Assembly (NCBI GenBank): GCA_965263275.1
Contig: OZ253668.1
Span: 388,486-452,485, forward strand
Origin: Thermodesulfobacteriota bacterium
GTDB taxonomy: Bacteria; Desulfobacterota_D; UBA1144; Nemesobacterales; Nemesobacteraceae
Direction: 5' to 3'
DNA length: 64,000 bases
Shown: positions 37,532 to 48,013 of the stretch, in pieces
Position numbering within the stretch: the first letter of the stretch is position 1
Layout of the letters: the number at the start of each line of letters is the position of its first letter
Notes under the pieces: generated by a model
What the model saw: the letters and a program-made list of their open reading frames with translations, nothing else
The model's database searches: none
Told to the model about the DNA's origin: nothing
Program-made: the position numbers and the translations under genes

Positions 37532-40201
37532 ATGGAAGAAGATCCTCAAATATCGGAAGAAGAAGCTGAAGACCGGGAATGGATCGAATCGCTTGAATAC
37601 GTGATTGAGAACTCAGGGCGCGAGAGGGCAACCGAACTGCTCAGAAAGCTCAGGATTTACTCCCAGAAAAAAGGCGTCAGGATTCCCTACGCCGCCAACA
37701 CCCCGTACGTAAACACAATCGCCCTCGAGGACCAGCCGCGCTACCCAGGCGACTACGAAATAGAGCGCAACATAAGAAGCATCATAAGGTGGAACGCCAT
37801 GGCCATGGTGGTGCGCGCGAACAGGATCGATGACGGCATCGGCGGACATATCTCAACTTACGCCTCCGCCGCCACGCTCTACGAGATAGGGTTCCAACAC
37901 TTCTTCAGGGCCGGCGACAAGCGGCGGGAAGGGGACATGATCTACTTCCAGGGACACGCCTCTCCGGGCATATACGCGAGAGCGTTTCTTGAAGGCACCG
38001 TTTCAATCGAGCAAATGCGCAATTTCAGAAGGGAGCTTGGCGGAGACGGGCTCTCCTCCTATCCCCATCCCTGGCTCATGCCGGATTTCTGGCAGTTCCC
38101 AACGGTCTCAATGGGCCTCTCTCCCATAATGGCGATCTACCAGGCTCGTTTCAACAGATACCTTGAGGACAGGGGCCTTAAGCCCCGCACCGACGCCAAG
38201 GTGTGGGCCTTTATCGGGGACGGGGAAACGGACGAGCCCGAAACCCTGGGGGCCATAACCCTCGCGTCAAGGGAGCGCCTTGACAACCTCATATTCGTGA
38301 TCAACTGCAACCTCCAGCGCCTTGACGGTCCCGTGAGGGGAAACGGCAAGATAATACAGGAGCTTGAGAGAATCTTCAGAGGGGCCGGCTGGAACGTCAT
38401 AAAAGTCGTCTGGGGAGCGACCTGGGACCCGATTCTGGCGCAGGATAAAGACGGCTTTCTGGTAGAGAGGATGGAGGCGGCCCTTGACGGAGATTACCAG
38501 AGATACACCATCTCTCCCGGCAGGCACATAAGAGAGCATTTTTTCGGCACCCGCCCGGAAATCCTCGAGATGGTCGAGAATCACTCAGACGAGCAGCTTG
38601 AAAGACTGGCAAGGGGAGGACATGACTCAGAGAAGGTCTATGCCGCCTACAAGGCCGCGGTTGAGAACACAGGGTCTCCCACGGTGATTCTCGCGAAGAC
38701 CATAAAGGGCTACGGCCTGGGGGAAGCGGGGGAAGGCAAGAACATAACGCACCAGCAGAAAAAACTGAATGAAGAGGAACTTAAGCGGTTTCGGTCCCGG
38801 TTCCGCATACCGCTTACGGACGAGGAGGTCCGCAAGGCCCCCTTCTACAGGCCCGCCCCCGACAGCCCAGAGATGAAATATCTTCGCGAAAGGAGGAAGG
38901 CTCTGGGGGGAACCATCCCCAGGCGGACCGTCAAGGCAGAACCCCTCGCGAAACTTCCGGAGAAAATCTTCGAGGAATTCAAAAAGGGTTCGGGACCGCA
39001 AAGAAAAGTGGCTACGACCATGGTAATCGTCCACATGCTCTCAAGACTCATGCGGGACCCCGATATCGGAGAACTCATAGTCCCCATAGTCCCCGATGAG
39101 GCGAGAACTTTCGGGATGGAGTCCCTTTTCCGCCAGGTCGGCATCTACTCAAGCGTGGGGCAGCTCTACGAACCCGTCGACGCCGACACCCTTCTTTACT
39201 ACAGGGAGGCAAAGGACGGGCAGATCCTCGAAGAAGGCATAACCGAGGCTGGCAGTATGTCTTCCTTTATAGCGGCCGGCACGGCCTACTCGACCCACGG
39301 CATAAACACGATTCCCTTTTTCATCTACTACTCAATGTTCGGGTTCCAGAGGATAGGGGATCTTATCTGGGCCGCGGCCGACATGAGATGCAGGGGTTTC
39401 ATGGTAGGAGGCACCGCCGGGAGGACCACGCTTGCGGGCGAGGGTCTTCAGCACCAGGACGGAAACAGCCATCATTTCGCCTACGCCTATCCGAACCTGA
39501 GGGCTTACGACCCGGCTTTCTCCTACGAGATAGCCGTGATAGTCAGGGACGGAATAAAAAGAATGTATCAGGACGGAGAGGACGTCTTTTATTACATAAC
39601 CGTAATGAACGAGCGCTATGAACAGCCCGCCATGCCGGAGGGGGTTACCGAAGGTATAATAAGGGGAATGTACAGGTTCGCGTCTTCTCGGATCGAGGAC
39701 TCAGGAAAAAAAGCCCACCTTTTCGGAAGCGGCGCGATTATGAACGAGGTGCTAAAGGCAAGGGATCTGCTTGAGAGCCGCTACGGGGTTCCCACGGATG
39801 TCTGGAGCATTACCAGTTACAAGGAACTTTATCGCGACATGTGCGAGGTACAGAGACAAAATCGCCTTAACCCCGAAGAGGACAGGAACAAAAGCTATAT
39901 TACCGAGTGCCTGGAAGGGGAAGAGGGCGTTTTCATAGCCGCGACCGACTACTTAAAGAGCCTTCCCGACTCGATCTCAAACAGCTTCCCGAAGCCCCTT
40001 GTCGCCCTTGGGACCGACGGATTCGGAAGAAGCGACACCCGCGAAGCGCTTCGCGATTTCTTTGAAGTTGATTACCGCCATATCGCGTTTGCGGCTCTCT
40101 CCGAGCTTTACAAAGAGGGAAGTATTGACAAGGAAACCGTCTCTGGGGCGGCAAGCGAACTTGGAATCGACCGGAACAGGCCGAGTCCCGTGGTTTCGTG
40201 A
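37532..40201 (+). CDS. aceE: Pyruvate dehydrogenase E1 component (homodimeric type)
   Basis: N-terminus MEEDPQISEEEAEDREWIESLEYVI and overall ~890-aa length with TPP-binding regions. The supplied ORF starts further upstream; a later ATG was chosen by homology. Confidence 0.9.
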   Translation: MEEDPQISEEEAEDREWIESLEYVIENSGRERATELLRKLRIYSQKKGVRIPYAANTPYVNTIALEDQPRYPGDYEIERNIRSIIRWNAMAMVVRANRIDDGIGGHISTYASAATLYEIGFQHFFRAGDKRREGDMIYFQGHASPGIYARAFLEGTVSIEQMRNFRRELGGDGLSSYPHPWLMPDFWQFPTVSMGLSPIMAIYQARFNRYLEDRGLKPRTDAKVWAFIGDGETDEPETLGAITLASRERLDNLIFVINCNLQRLDGPVRGNGKIIQELERIFRGAGWNVIKVVWGATWDPILAQDKDGFLVERMEAALDGDYQRYTISPGRHIREHFFGTRPEILEMVENHSDEQLERLARGGHDSEKVYAAYKAAVENTGSPTVILAKTIKGYGLGEAGEGKNITHQQKKLNEEELKRFRSRFRIPLTDEEVRKAPFYRPAPDSPEMKYLRERRKALGGTIPRRTVKAEPLAKLPEKIFEEFKKGSGPQRKVATTMVIVHMLSRLMRDPDIGELIVPIVPDEARTFGMESLFRQVGIYSSVGQLYEPVDADTLLYYREAKDGQILEEGITEAGSMSSFIAAGTAYSTHGINTIPFFIYYSMFGFQRIGDLIWAAADMRCRGFMVGGTAGRTTLAGEGLQHQDGNSHHFAYAYPNLRAYDPAFSYEIAVIVRDGIKRMYQDGEDVFYYITVMNERYEQPAMPEGVTEGIIRGMYRFASSRIEDSGKKAHLFGSGAIMNEVLKARDLLESRYGVPTDVWSITSYKELYRDMCEVQRQNRLNPEEDRNKSYITECLEGEEGVFIAATDYLKSLPDSISNSFPKPLVALGTDGFGRSDTREALRDFFEVDYRHIAFAALSELYKEGSIDKETVSGAASELGIDRNRPSPVVS

Positions 40202-40214
40202 GGGGGAACGTGAG

Positions 40215-41513
40215 TTGATAGAATTCAGGCTTCCAGAACTTGGAGAAGGAATCGAATCCGGACAGGTAATAGAGGTTCTCGTCGCGCCCGGAGACAGGGT
40301 CTCGGTCGAGCAGCCCCTGCTTGAAGTGGAAACTGACAAGGCCGCCGTTGAAATCCCTTCCCCCGCCGACGGAACGGTCATCGAGGTGTGCGTAAGCACA
40401 GGGGACACCGTGGGGATAAACCAGCTCCTGGTAAGAATAGACGGCGAAGAGAAAAAGCCCTCTTCTGAAAAAAACGCTTCCCCCGGCGCCGCGACCAAAG
40501 AGGAAAACCCCCCGGCGGCTGAAAAACCCGCTCCGAAAACAGAACCCCCGGGGGAAAAACAGCCTCCGCCGCCTGGAGTCTCTGCGGGAAGCGGAGCCGC
40601 GGCCGGACCCCTTGAGGTTCCAGCCGCACCCTCCGTCAGGCGTCTTGCGAGGGAGCTTGGCGTCGGGCTTCGCTCAGTTTCTGGAACCGGTCCCCGGGGG
40701 AGAATACTTGAGAGAGACGTAAAGGCTCACGCAAAGGCCATAATAAAATCCGCATCTTCAGCGCTGGCTGCGCCCGCGGAACCCCCACTTCCCGATTTCT
40801 CAAGATGGGGGGAGACCGCGACCGAGAGTTTCTCTACGGTTAGGAAGCTTACGGCCGAGCGGCTCTCCCAGGCGTGGGCGGCTCCCCACGTAACGCAGTT
40901 TGACAAGGCGTATGTTTCCCGGCTTGAAGATCTAAGGAAACTTAACAAGGAGAAGGTGGCGGCCGCCGGGGGAAACCTGACCGTGACCGCGATTCTCGTA
41001 AAGGCCATCTCCCGGGCGCTTTTGGAATTCCCGAAATTTAATTCAAGCATCCACATGGGCAGCAGCACGATCGTTTACAAGAAGTACATAAACATAGGGA
41101 TCGCGGTTGATACAGAGAGGGGGCTTTTGGTTCCGGTGATAAGGGATGCCGATAAAAAAGACATAACGGAGATATCGGTTGAGCTTACAGATATATCTTC
41201 TGCGGCAAGGGAGAAAAAGCTCTCAGCCGACAGGCTCAGGGGAGGCACTTTCACCATAACCAACCTGGGAGGGATAGGGGGGGTCTTCTTCACCCCGATT
41301 CTTAACCCGCCTGAAGTCGCCATACTGGGAGTCTCAAGATCTTCCGTTGAGCCCGCGTATGTTAAGGGGGAGCTTGTGGGGAAGCTCATGCTTCCGCTCT
41401 CGCTTTCCTACGATCACAGGCTTATAGACGGGGCGGAGGCGGCGAGGTTCCTAAGGTGGCTCTGCGAGACACTCGAGAAGTCCCCCGAGAGCATATTCGA
41501 GCGGGCGGTGTAG
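40215..41513 (+). CDS. aceF: Dihydrolipoamide acetyltransferase E2 (one lipoyl domain, PSBD, catalytic domain)
   Basis: Lipoyl domain (EFRLPELGEGIESGQVIEVLV), Ala/Pro-rich linkers, PSBD (PSVRRLARELGV) and catalytic DHRLIDGA. The start is uncertain: TTG at 40215 follows AGGGGGAA. Confidence 0.85.
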   Translation: MIEFRLPELGEGIESGQVIEVLVAPGDRVSVEQPLLEVETDKAAVEIPSPADGTVIEVCVSTGDTVGINQLLVRIDGEEKKPSSEKNASPGAATKEENPPAAEKPAPKTEPPGEKQPPPPGVSAGSGAAAGPLEVPAAPSVRRLARELGVGLRSVSGTGPRGRILERDVKAHAKAIIKSASSALAAPAEPPLPDFSRWGETATESFSTVRKLTAERLSQAWAAPHVTQFDKAYVSRLEDLRKLNKEKVAAAGGNLTVTAILVKAISRALLEFPKFNSSIHMGSSTIVYKKYINIGIAVDTERGLLVPVIRDADKKDITEISVELTDISSAAREKKLSADRLRGGTFTITNLGGIGGVFFTPILNPPEVAILGVSRSSVEPAYVKGELVGKLMLPLSLSYDHRLIDGAEAARFLRWLCETLEKSPESIFERAV

Positions 41514-41519
41514 TCGGCT

Positions 41520-42953
41520 ATGGAGAGAATAGTAACGGAAGTGGCGGTGATAGGGGCGGGCCCGGGAGGGTATCCCGCGGCGTTTGCGCTTGCGGACAAA
41601 GGAAAAAAAGTCACGCTCATAGATCCCGAGGCTAATCCCGGAGGGGTCTGTCTCTACAGGGGATGCATACCTTCAAAGGCCCTTCTGCACGCGGCGAGGG
41701 TGGCTGAGGAGGCAAGGGACGCCGCGGATTTCGGCCTTACCTACGGGGAGCCCCGGGTTGACCCCGAGAAGCTTTTTTCGTGGAAAGACGGAGTGGTGGC
41801 GAAGCTCACGGGAGGGCTTCGCGCGCTTACGAGGGCAAGGAAGATAAATTACGTGCAGGGAAGGGCGTCTTTTACCTCATCGCGGACCCTTCGCGTCGCG
41901 GCGGCTTCGGGGGAGGAAAAAGAGGTTCTGTTTGAAAGCGCCGTTATCTCCACGGGTTCTGTCTCAAGGAGAATCCCGGGAGTGGATTTCGGTTCCGAAA
42001 ACGTGGTCGATTCTGACGGCGCTCTCTCCATGGGAGAGATCCCGGGGACCCTGCTCGTGGTCGGCGGAGGCTACATAGGTCTTGAACTCGGAACGTTTTT
42101 TTCCTCTCTGGGCACCGAGGTGACGGTCGTCGAGATGCTCCCCGGGCTCCTCCAGGGGGTCGACAGGGACCTTGCGGGGGTGCTTAAAAAGAGGCTCGAT
42201 CGGAAATTCCGCTCCATAATGCTTGGGACAAAACTGGCTTCTGTAAAGGAGTTAGACGACGAAGTTCAAGTTCTGTTTGAAGCCGACGGGAAAAGTTTCC
42301 GGGAAAAATATGAAAAGGTTCTGATCTCGGTTGGAAGAGTGCCGTTTACAGAAGGTCTCGGCCTTGAGAATACCAGGGTCTGTGTGGACGAGAAGGGTTT
42401 TATAGAGACTGACACGCAGAGAAGAACGGCCGATCCGGCCATTTTCGCCGTCGGGGACGTTGCCGGGGAACCCATGCTTGCCCACAAGGCCACTTATGAA
42501 GCCAAGATCGTGGCTGAGGTCATAACGGGAGCCAAGACTCAGTATGACCCCCGGGCCGTTCCGGCAGTCATATTCACCGACCCTGAAATCGCTTGGTGCG
42601 GGATCACGGAAAGTGAGGCGAGGGAGGCCGGGTTGGAGATAGAGGTATCGAAATTTCCCTGGGCAGCCTCGGGAAGAGCGCTTACGCTTAACAGAACCGA
42701 CGGTCTTACGAAGATCATAGTCCACAGGGGGACCGGGAGGGTGGTCGGCGTCGGAATCGTCGGACCGCAGGCGGGAGATCTCATATCGGAATCCGTTCTG
42801 GCAATTGAGATGGGTGCTACGGCCGAGGATATAGCTTTTTCAATACATCCTCACCCAACTCTGACAGAAACCCTGATGGAAGCGGCAGAAGGCGTATACG
42901 GAGCCAGCACGCATCTGATGAAAAGGCGTCCGGGCAAGTCTTCACGAAAGTAA
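41520..42953 (+). CDS. lpdA: Dihydrolipoamide dehydrogenase E3
   Basis: FAD motif VIGAGPGGY, redox CLYRGCIPSK, NAD motif GGGYIGLELG, and C-terminal HPHPTLTE. Confidence 0.9.
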   Translation: MERIVTEVAVIGAGPGGYPAAFALADKGKKVTLIDPEANPGGVCLYRGCIPSKALLHAARVAEEARDAADFGLTYGEPRVDPEKLFSWKDGVVAKLTGGLRALTRARKINYVQGRASFTSSRTLRVAAASGEEKEVLFESAVISTGSVSRRIPGVDFGSENVVDSDGALSMGEIPGTLLVVGGGYIGLELGTFFSSLGTEVTVVEMLPGLLQGVDRDLAGVLKKRLDRKFRSIMLGTKLASVKELDDEVQVLFEADGKSFREKYEKVLISVGRVPFTEGLGLENTRVCVDEKGFIETDTQRRTADPAIFAVGDVAGEPMLAHKATYEAKIVAEVITGAKTQYDPRAVPAVIFTDPEIAWCGITESEAREAGLEIEVSKFPWAASGRALTLNRTDGLTKIIVHRGTGRVVGVGIVGPQAGDLISESVLAIEMGATAEDIAFSIHPHPTLTETLMEAAEGVYGASTHLMKRRPGKSSRK

Positions 42954-43021
42954 TGGCGGGTTTTTTTGTTGGGACCGTTTTTTTCTCCCCCTGTTAAGTC
43001 TATAGTTCCCTTCAGCTTGTA

Positions 43022-43049
43022 TTGACAATGCAGAGAGAAGATGTAAAAT
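43022..43049 (+). promoter_or_regulatory. Putative sigma70 promoter of rpsT
   Basis: TTGACA (43022-43027), 16-nt spacer, TAAAAT (43044-43049); GGAGG RBS at 43072-43076. Confidence 0.5.
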
Positions 43050-43084
43050 TCACCTTTCATTTTTAAACCTTGGAGGACTTTTTT

Positions 43085-43366
43085 ATGGGCCTTAGAACGA
43101 AATCGGCGCAGAAACAGCATCGCCAGAGCCTGAAAAGACGAGAGAGAAACAGGTTCGTAACGTCCACTCTTAAGACTAAGCTTAAGCGTTATTCAGAAGC
43201 TCTTGAGGGTGAGGATATGGAAAAATCGCAGGCCCTTCTCAAGGAACTGGTCTCTCTTACCGACAAGGCCGCCACAAAAGGGGTTCTCCACAAAAAGAAG
43301 GCATCGAGATACGTATCAAGGTTCTCAAAGAGGCTTTCTGATCTTGCCCAGGGCGCCAGCTCCTAG
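43085..43366 (+). CDS. rpsT: 30S ribosomal protein S20
   Basis: MGLRTKSAQKQHRQSLKRRERNR... is a basic ~93-aa protein typical of S20. In-frame ATG at 43085 chosen over the upstream ORF start. Confidence 0.85.
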   Translation: MGLRTKSAQKQHRQSLKRRERNRFVTSTLKTKLKRYSEALEGEDMEKSQALLKELVSLTDKAATKGVLHKKKASRYVSRFSKRLSDLAQGASS

Positions 43367-44325
43367 GTTCTCCGCGCGCAGATTCCAAGAAGAAGTTTCT
43401 CAAGAAGTATGTAATTGTTCCCGGAACTGTTCTTGATCCCGTAGTCCGTCTCCTCTATAAGACCCAGTATCCTGCCCAGGTCGTTCTCCCTGAAATTACG
43501 CACGCTTTTCTTGAGGTAAAAGACGGCCCCGCGGGACGTTTTTATAGCCTTCGCGATCCCTTCGTCAGATTCCCCTTCCTTAAGATATTGCGAAACTTTG
43601 AATATCTGGCGGAATCTCCAGGCTATCATGTACAGAATGGAGAGGGGATCCTCCCTGTTTTTCTCAAGTTCCCTGAGTATTCTGAGAGAACCCCGCAGAT
43701 CCTTGTTTGAAAGCGCTGTAGAAAGGGAAAAGACGTTCTCCGTACTCCGTTTTTCCATAAGCCCCCTTAAATCCTTCTCGCCTATGGCTTTTTTCCCCTC
43801 CCTGTAAAGGGATATCTTCTCAAGCTCGTTCCTGATAAGGTTCATGTCCTCGCCGAGCATGGTTTTTATGAAACCGACCGTCCCGGGGGCAAGGACCATC
43901 CCGAGTCTCTCCGCCAGGCGTTTTATTTCCCGGTCAAAATTGCCGCCGCTGTCAAGGTCAACGAGCTTTATGCTTTTTGCGGGTTTCACTCTGTTTTTCC
44001 GAGACCCCTGCGAGAGGAGAACCAGTACGGAAACAGAAGCCGGAGAGGCGGCGTATTCATTGAGAAGATCAAGATCGTCTTTCCCCAAACCGTCGTATCC
44101 CTTAGCTACGATCAGTTTTTTCTCGTGAAACATTGGGAGGGTCTTTGCGTCCTCGACTATTTCCAAGAGGGATACCTCATCGAGATTTCTGCTCTCAAAG
44201 AGCAGCTTCGGGGAGTTAGTCGCGAGGTCCTCTTTCAGTTTTTCGACGAACTCCTCGATCAGAAGAGAATGGGAACTTTTAAGTACGGTAACAGGATGGA
44301 TGTCGATGTTTTTCTCTGAAGACAT
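43363..44325 (-). CDS. holA: DNA polymerase III delta subunit
   Basis: 320 aa with holA-like conservation (LLYGEE-like region, C-terminal domain). Convergent with rpsT and overlaps it by 4 nt. Confidence 0.7.
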   Translation of the reverse strand: MSSEKNIDIHPVTVLKSSHSLLIEEFVEKLKEDLATNSPKLLFESRNLDEVSLLEIVEDAKTLPMFHEKKLIVAKGYDGLGKDDLDLLNEYAASPASVSVLVLLSQGSRKNRVKPAKSIKLVDLDSGGNFDREIKRLAERLGMVLAPGTVGFIKTMLGEDMNLIRNELEKISLYREGKKAIGEKDLRGLMEKRSTENVFSLSTALSNKDLRGSLRILRELEKNREDPLSILYMIAWRFRQIFKVSQYLKEGESDEGIAKAIKTSRGAVFYLKKSVRNFRENDLGRILGLIEETDYGIKNSSGNNYILLEKLLLGICARRT

Positions 44326-44369
44326 GGCCTGTTTTTCCTCCTCGGCCTAAACGGCTTGCGGGCAGAGCC

Positions 44370-44789
44370 TCATCGGCCGTTTATTTCAAGCTCGCTGAAG
44401 AAATATCCTATTTCGTAGGCGGCCGATTCCTGTGAATCGGACCCGTGCACAATGTTTTTTTCTATCCCTGACGCAAAATCCTTTCTTATGGTTCCGGGTT
44501 CGGCTTTTTCGGGGTCCGTGGCACCCATGGTGGCCCTTACCCCGGAAATCGCCCCGTCCCCCTCAAGAACCATTACTACGCATGGCCCCGAGGACATGAA
44601 GTCCGTAAGACTTCCGAAAAAAGGTCTTTCCCTGTGTACGTTGTAGAACCCTTCGGCCTGTTCTTTTGAGAGGTGTATCATCTTGAGGGCAACGATGCTC
44701 ACCCCCTTCTCTTCGAACCTTCGCAGGACTTCGCCGACGAGATTCCCCCCGACGCCGTCAGGTTTTACTATTGATAATGTTCTTTCCAT
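44370..44789 (-). CDS. ndk: Nucleoside diphosphate kinase
   Basis: LSIVKPDGV ... NIVHGSDS (active-site His) ... YFF. Confidence 0.9.
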   Translation of the reverse strand: MERTLSIVKPDGVGGNLVGEVLRRFEEKGVSIVALKMIHLSKEQAEGFYNVHRERPFFGSLTDFMSSGPCVVMVLEGDGAISGVRATMGATDPEKAEPGTIRKDFASGIEKNIVHGSDSQESAAYEIGYFFSELEINGR

Positions 44790-44895
44790 TTTTTGCCTCC
44801 GTGTGTGTGCGATCTGGAAATGACTGTCTGATTCTTAACTTCGCGGCGGGGTCCGGGACGGGTTGCGCCGCTTAAAGGGGAATCCGGTACCGCGT

Positions 44896-45327
44896 CTAGT
44901 ATTTATTCTTAAGTTCTTCTAGGAGTCTCTTTCTTCTCTTAATGCTTTTTATCCTGAGATATACCATGTGCTTAAGATCAAGAGTGATTGGCAGGCCAAA
45001 TTCCTTGCTTACCATTTCTATGAGTTTTTTTCCTTTAGTTCCGGGTTCCCGGCAGATTGCCTCGTTTATAAAAGTTCTGATTTTCCTTTTCCGGGTGCCC
45101 TCTACCTTGTCTAGAATCTCATCTCTTTGCGAAGCGGTAAGTTTTTTAAGATAAGCCGCCACCTCGCTCAGGGCAGGCCCACTCCTGCCTGATTTCGTCT
45201 TTTCTATCGCTATTCTTATAAATTCACTTGTGCTTATATCTTTTTCCTCGGCACTTGAGTGTACGTAGTCGTAGTCACTCGCGGGAATTCTGAAACTCAG
45301 AAGCATGTCTTTGCGTTCAGGGGCCAT
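44896..45327 (-). CDS. Hypothetical protein (possible RHH-like N-terminus)
   Basis: 143-aa ORF; weak resemblance only. Confidence 0.35.
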   Translation of the reverse strand: MAPERKDMLLSFRIPASDYDYVHSSAEEKDISTSEFIRIAIEKTKSGRSGPALSEVAAYLKKLTASQRDEILDKVEGTRKRKIRTFINEAICREPGTKGKKLIEMVSKEFGLPITLDLKHMVYLRIKSIKRRKRLLEELKNKY

Positions 45328-45574
45328 AAGCTGCTCCGGAGAACCGGATTCCGGTTATTAAGCGAAATCTGCGCCAGCAAGTCCCGCAACCGGTTCTAAA
45401 ACTAGATTCTAATTATTAGGGTATAAAGAATCAAGAGCTTGTTATTATGTCCGTATTAAGAGCGTGTTTGTAACGGCGCTCTGGCACAGGTCGGTTTTCT
45501 AGGGTATTCTCGTGCCGTTTAGTTGTGGTTTCCTTGGAAGCAGAACAAAAGCGCGGTCTGATTAGGGGGCGAAT

Positions 45575-47164
45575 TTGATGTTGCCCGTCATTAAGCAAAG
45601 AAGGGTGGGTGAGTTCTCCTTGGGAACTCTTTTTTTTCTGCTGATTCTCTTTCTCTCGGTTCCATACTGCGGCGCGGTTACAATCAAGGCGCTGTACGTT
45701 GACACTCAGGGAACCGGGTTTAATGATACGACCAGGCTGACAGAAGAGAAAAGGACTCTGTTCGGCGATAACGGCAATAACGCGAGTACGCTCGGGCAGG
45801 CGAGAAGAAACGCTTTTGAGCATGCCGCCCGGTTGCTCGAAAACAGGTTGCCGGGCTCAAATACCATCCGGGTCGAGGTGTCGTTCAGGTTCTTTGAAGA
45901 AGAAACCACGATCGCGACCACTTATATGCTGCGGATTATAAGTTTCGGTCCCAGGGAACTGCTGCACATAGGGTACCCGCCGGCGCTTGCGGAGATAATC
46001 AGGGGAGAGAACTTCCTAGGTGAATCGGCGCCTCATTTTATCGTGGGGTTCTCCCGAGATTCGGACTTTTATTACGGTTTTACCGGAGAAACGCCGGAAT
46101 TTTCCATAGATTTTGTTACCCTCGCCATACATGAGCTTATTCACGGGCTTGGATTTCATTCTTCTCTGAAGAAAGATGGTTCTTTTCCCGCCGCGACGCT
46201 TGACGTGACGGACGGGACCCGGAATTTTTCAATCGATGTAGAGCAATGGCAAAGAATTTACGATGTGCAGATGTATTCTGAGGGAGACGGTGAATTAATC
46301 GTCGATCTTGAACCGCAGCGAAGAGAGCAGGCCGCTACTTCGGGTACCGGTCTTTTGTGGGACGGAACTGCAAGGCCGGGGAAAGAAAATTCATGCAGTT
46401 ACGGCCAGCGCATGGCCGAGCTTAAATCCGCCGCCGTAGCTTCAGACGGAAAACCTCGGCTTCACGCTCCCTCGACTTTTGATGAAGGCAGTTCCATTAC
46501 CCATGTTCATACGGAGGCGGAGGATATCATGGAATATCTTTATCCGTTTCCAAGGGACATGGACCTGAGTCTTGGCATGCTAAAGGACATGGGCTGGGAA
46601 GTTGATGGTAACGACTTTCCGCCGTCTTGCGTGCCGACGGGAATAAGCGTCACTCCGATTTCGGGGCTTGTGACCACTGAAGGGGGTGGAGTTGCGACAT
46701 TTACCGTGGGGCTTGACTCAGAACCGATAAGCGACGTTATAATTCCCCTGCGAAGCAGTGAACCGCAGGAAGGGGTGGCCGATACCGCCACGCTTGAGTT
46801 CACACCCGAGAACTGGGCCGCGGCGCAGACAGTGACGGTGACAGGCGTTAACGACAGGGAAGAAGACGGGCCGAAGCGCTACGTTATCGCTCTTGAGAGG
46901 GCGCAGAGCCGGGATCGGTTTTATGACGGTTTTAATCCGGACGACGTGTCAGTGACGAACCAGGACAATGACCCGGAGCCTGATCCGCCGGACGACTTGG
47001 TACAGCCCCGGATGCCGCAACAGGGGGAAGGGAGTGGAGGATGTGCGCTCGCCATGGAAAAACGGGTGGAAAACAGTTCTGGAAATACGGTGCTTAACCT
47101 GTTCTTGATCGCCGCGTTCCTGTTCTCTGCTACCTTGCGGAGGAGCCCGCTTAAGGAAAAGTAA
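45575..47164 (+). CDS. Secreted HExxH zinc-metalloprotease-like protein with a C-terminal Gly-rich / TM / Arg-Arg anchor
   Basis: Signal peptide; AIHELIHGLGFH (HExxH); C-terminal ...GSGGCALAME...VLNLFLIAAFLFSATLRRSP. Confidence 0.5.
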   Translation: MMLPVIKQRRVGEFSLGTLFFLLILFLSVPYCGAVTIKALYVDTQGTGFNDTTRLTEEKRTLFGDNGNNASTLGQARRNAFEHAARLLENRLPGSNTIRVEVSFRFFEEETTIATTYMLRIISFGPRELLHIGYPPALAEIIRGENFLGESAPHFIVGFSRDSDFYYGFTGETPEFSIDFVTLAIHELIHGLGFHSSLKKDGSFPAATLDVTDGTRNFSIDVEQWQRIYDVQMYSEGDGELIVDLEPQRREQAATSGTGLLWDGTARPGKENSCSYGQRMAELKSAAVASDGKPRLHAPSTFDEGSSITHVHTEAEDIMEYLYPFPRDMDLSLGMLKDMGWEVDGNDFPPSCVPTGISVTPISGLVTTEGGGVATFTVGLDSEPISDVIIPLRSSEPQEGVADTATLEFTPENWAAAQTVTVTGVNDREEDGPKRYVIALERAQSRDRFYDGFNPDDVSVTNQDNDPEPDPPDDLVQPRMPQQGEGSGGCALAMEKRVENSSGNTVLNLFLIAAFLFSATLRRSPLKEK

Positions 47165-47410
47165 CATTTCCAGCTTTTTTAATTATGGCAGCAACCAGGC
47201 AAGCTCTCCGTTTCTCAAGACTACCGTCTAACCGGCAGAAAGCATTCTCTCTCAGCCATGTGGACAACCCCTGTTTTCGTACTGTATAATGTTGCTCCGA
47301 GGGCTTTTAGAGGAAAAAGGAATTAGCGCGAAAAGCCTTGTAGTCTTGGGTTGCTTTTCCTCATCTTTTTTAAATCATATCCGCATCTTACAATCTTGGA
47401 GGCAGCAGAA

Positions 47411-48013
47411 ATGGAAAGGTTTGTTATTCCCCATCAGCATGAAATAACTAAAGAGGACAGAAGGAGACTCAATGGTCACGGTTCTTTGATTCTCTGGTTT
47501 ACGGGACTTCCCAGTTCGGGAAAGTCCACTCTTGCGAATGAACTTGAAAAGGAACTTATACAGGGCGGCCATCGCACCTACATACTGGACGGAGATAATA
47601 TAAGAATGGGTCTCTGCAAGGATCTTGGTTTTTCCGCCGAGGACCGCGAGGAGAATATAAGAAGAATAGGAGAGGTATCGAAGCTTTTCATGGACGCGGG
47701 AATTGTTGTGCTTTCCGCCTTTGTTTCTCCATACCGCGCTGACCGTGACGCCATAAGGGAGCTTGTTGAGGAAGGGGAATTCGTTGAAGTATTCGTCAGC
47801 TGTTCCGTTGAGCAGTGTGAGCAGCGAGACGTTAAGGGACTTTACAAAAAAGCGAGAGCAGGGGTTATAAAGGGATTTACGGGAATTGACGATCCCTACG
47901 AAGAGCCTTCGAGCCCTGAAATCGTAGTTGACACGGAGAAGTTTTCAATTGAGCAGTGCAAGCAGCAGATACTCGATTATCTGATCGGGCGCGATATAGT
48001 AACCATGGGATAA
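47411..48013 (+). CDS. cysC: Adenylyl-sulfate (APS) kinase
   Basis: LWFTGLPSSGKSTLA (P-loop) ... ILDGDNIR ... typical CysC. Start moved to MERFVIP. Confidence 0.85.
   Translation: MERFVIPHQHEITKEDRRRLNGHGSLILWFTGLPSSGKSTLANELEKELIQGGHRTYILDGDNIRMGLCKDLGFSAEDREENIRRIGEVSKLFMDAGIVVLSAFVSPYRADRDAIRELVEEGEFVEVFVSCSVEQCEQRDVKGLYKKARAGVIKGFTGIDDPYEEPSSPEIVVDTEKFSIEQCKQQILDYLIGRDIVTMG

Noticed and set aside
37521-37534. TATAAT hexamer immediately 5' of aceE
   Set aside because: The hexamer overlaps the ATG itself (ctataATGg), so it cannot serve as the -10 box for this start. No acceptable -35 lies at the correct spacing.
37613-39144. Antisense ORFs within aceE (37613..37849, 38137..38400, 38267..38584, 38397..38612, 38627..39034, 38845..39144; all on the minus strand)
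   Set aside because: They are embedded in a highly conserved E1 coding frame and are GC-driven spurious frames.
42953-43020. Rho-independent terminator after lpdA
   Set aside because: A ggcggg stretch followed by a T7 run is present, but no convincing complementary upstream arm could be found, so it was not annotated.
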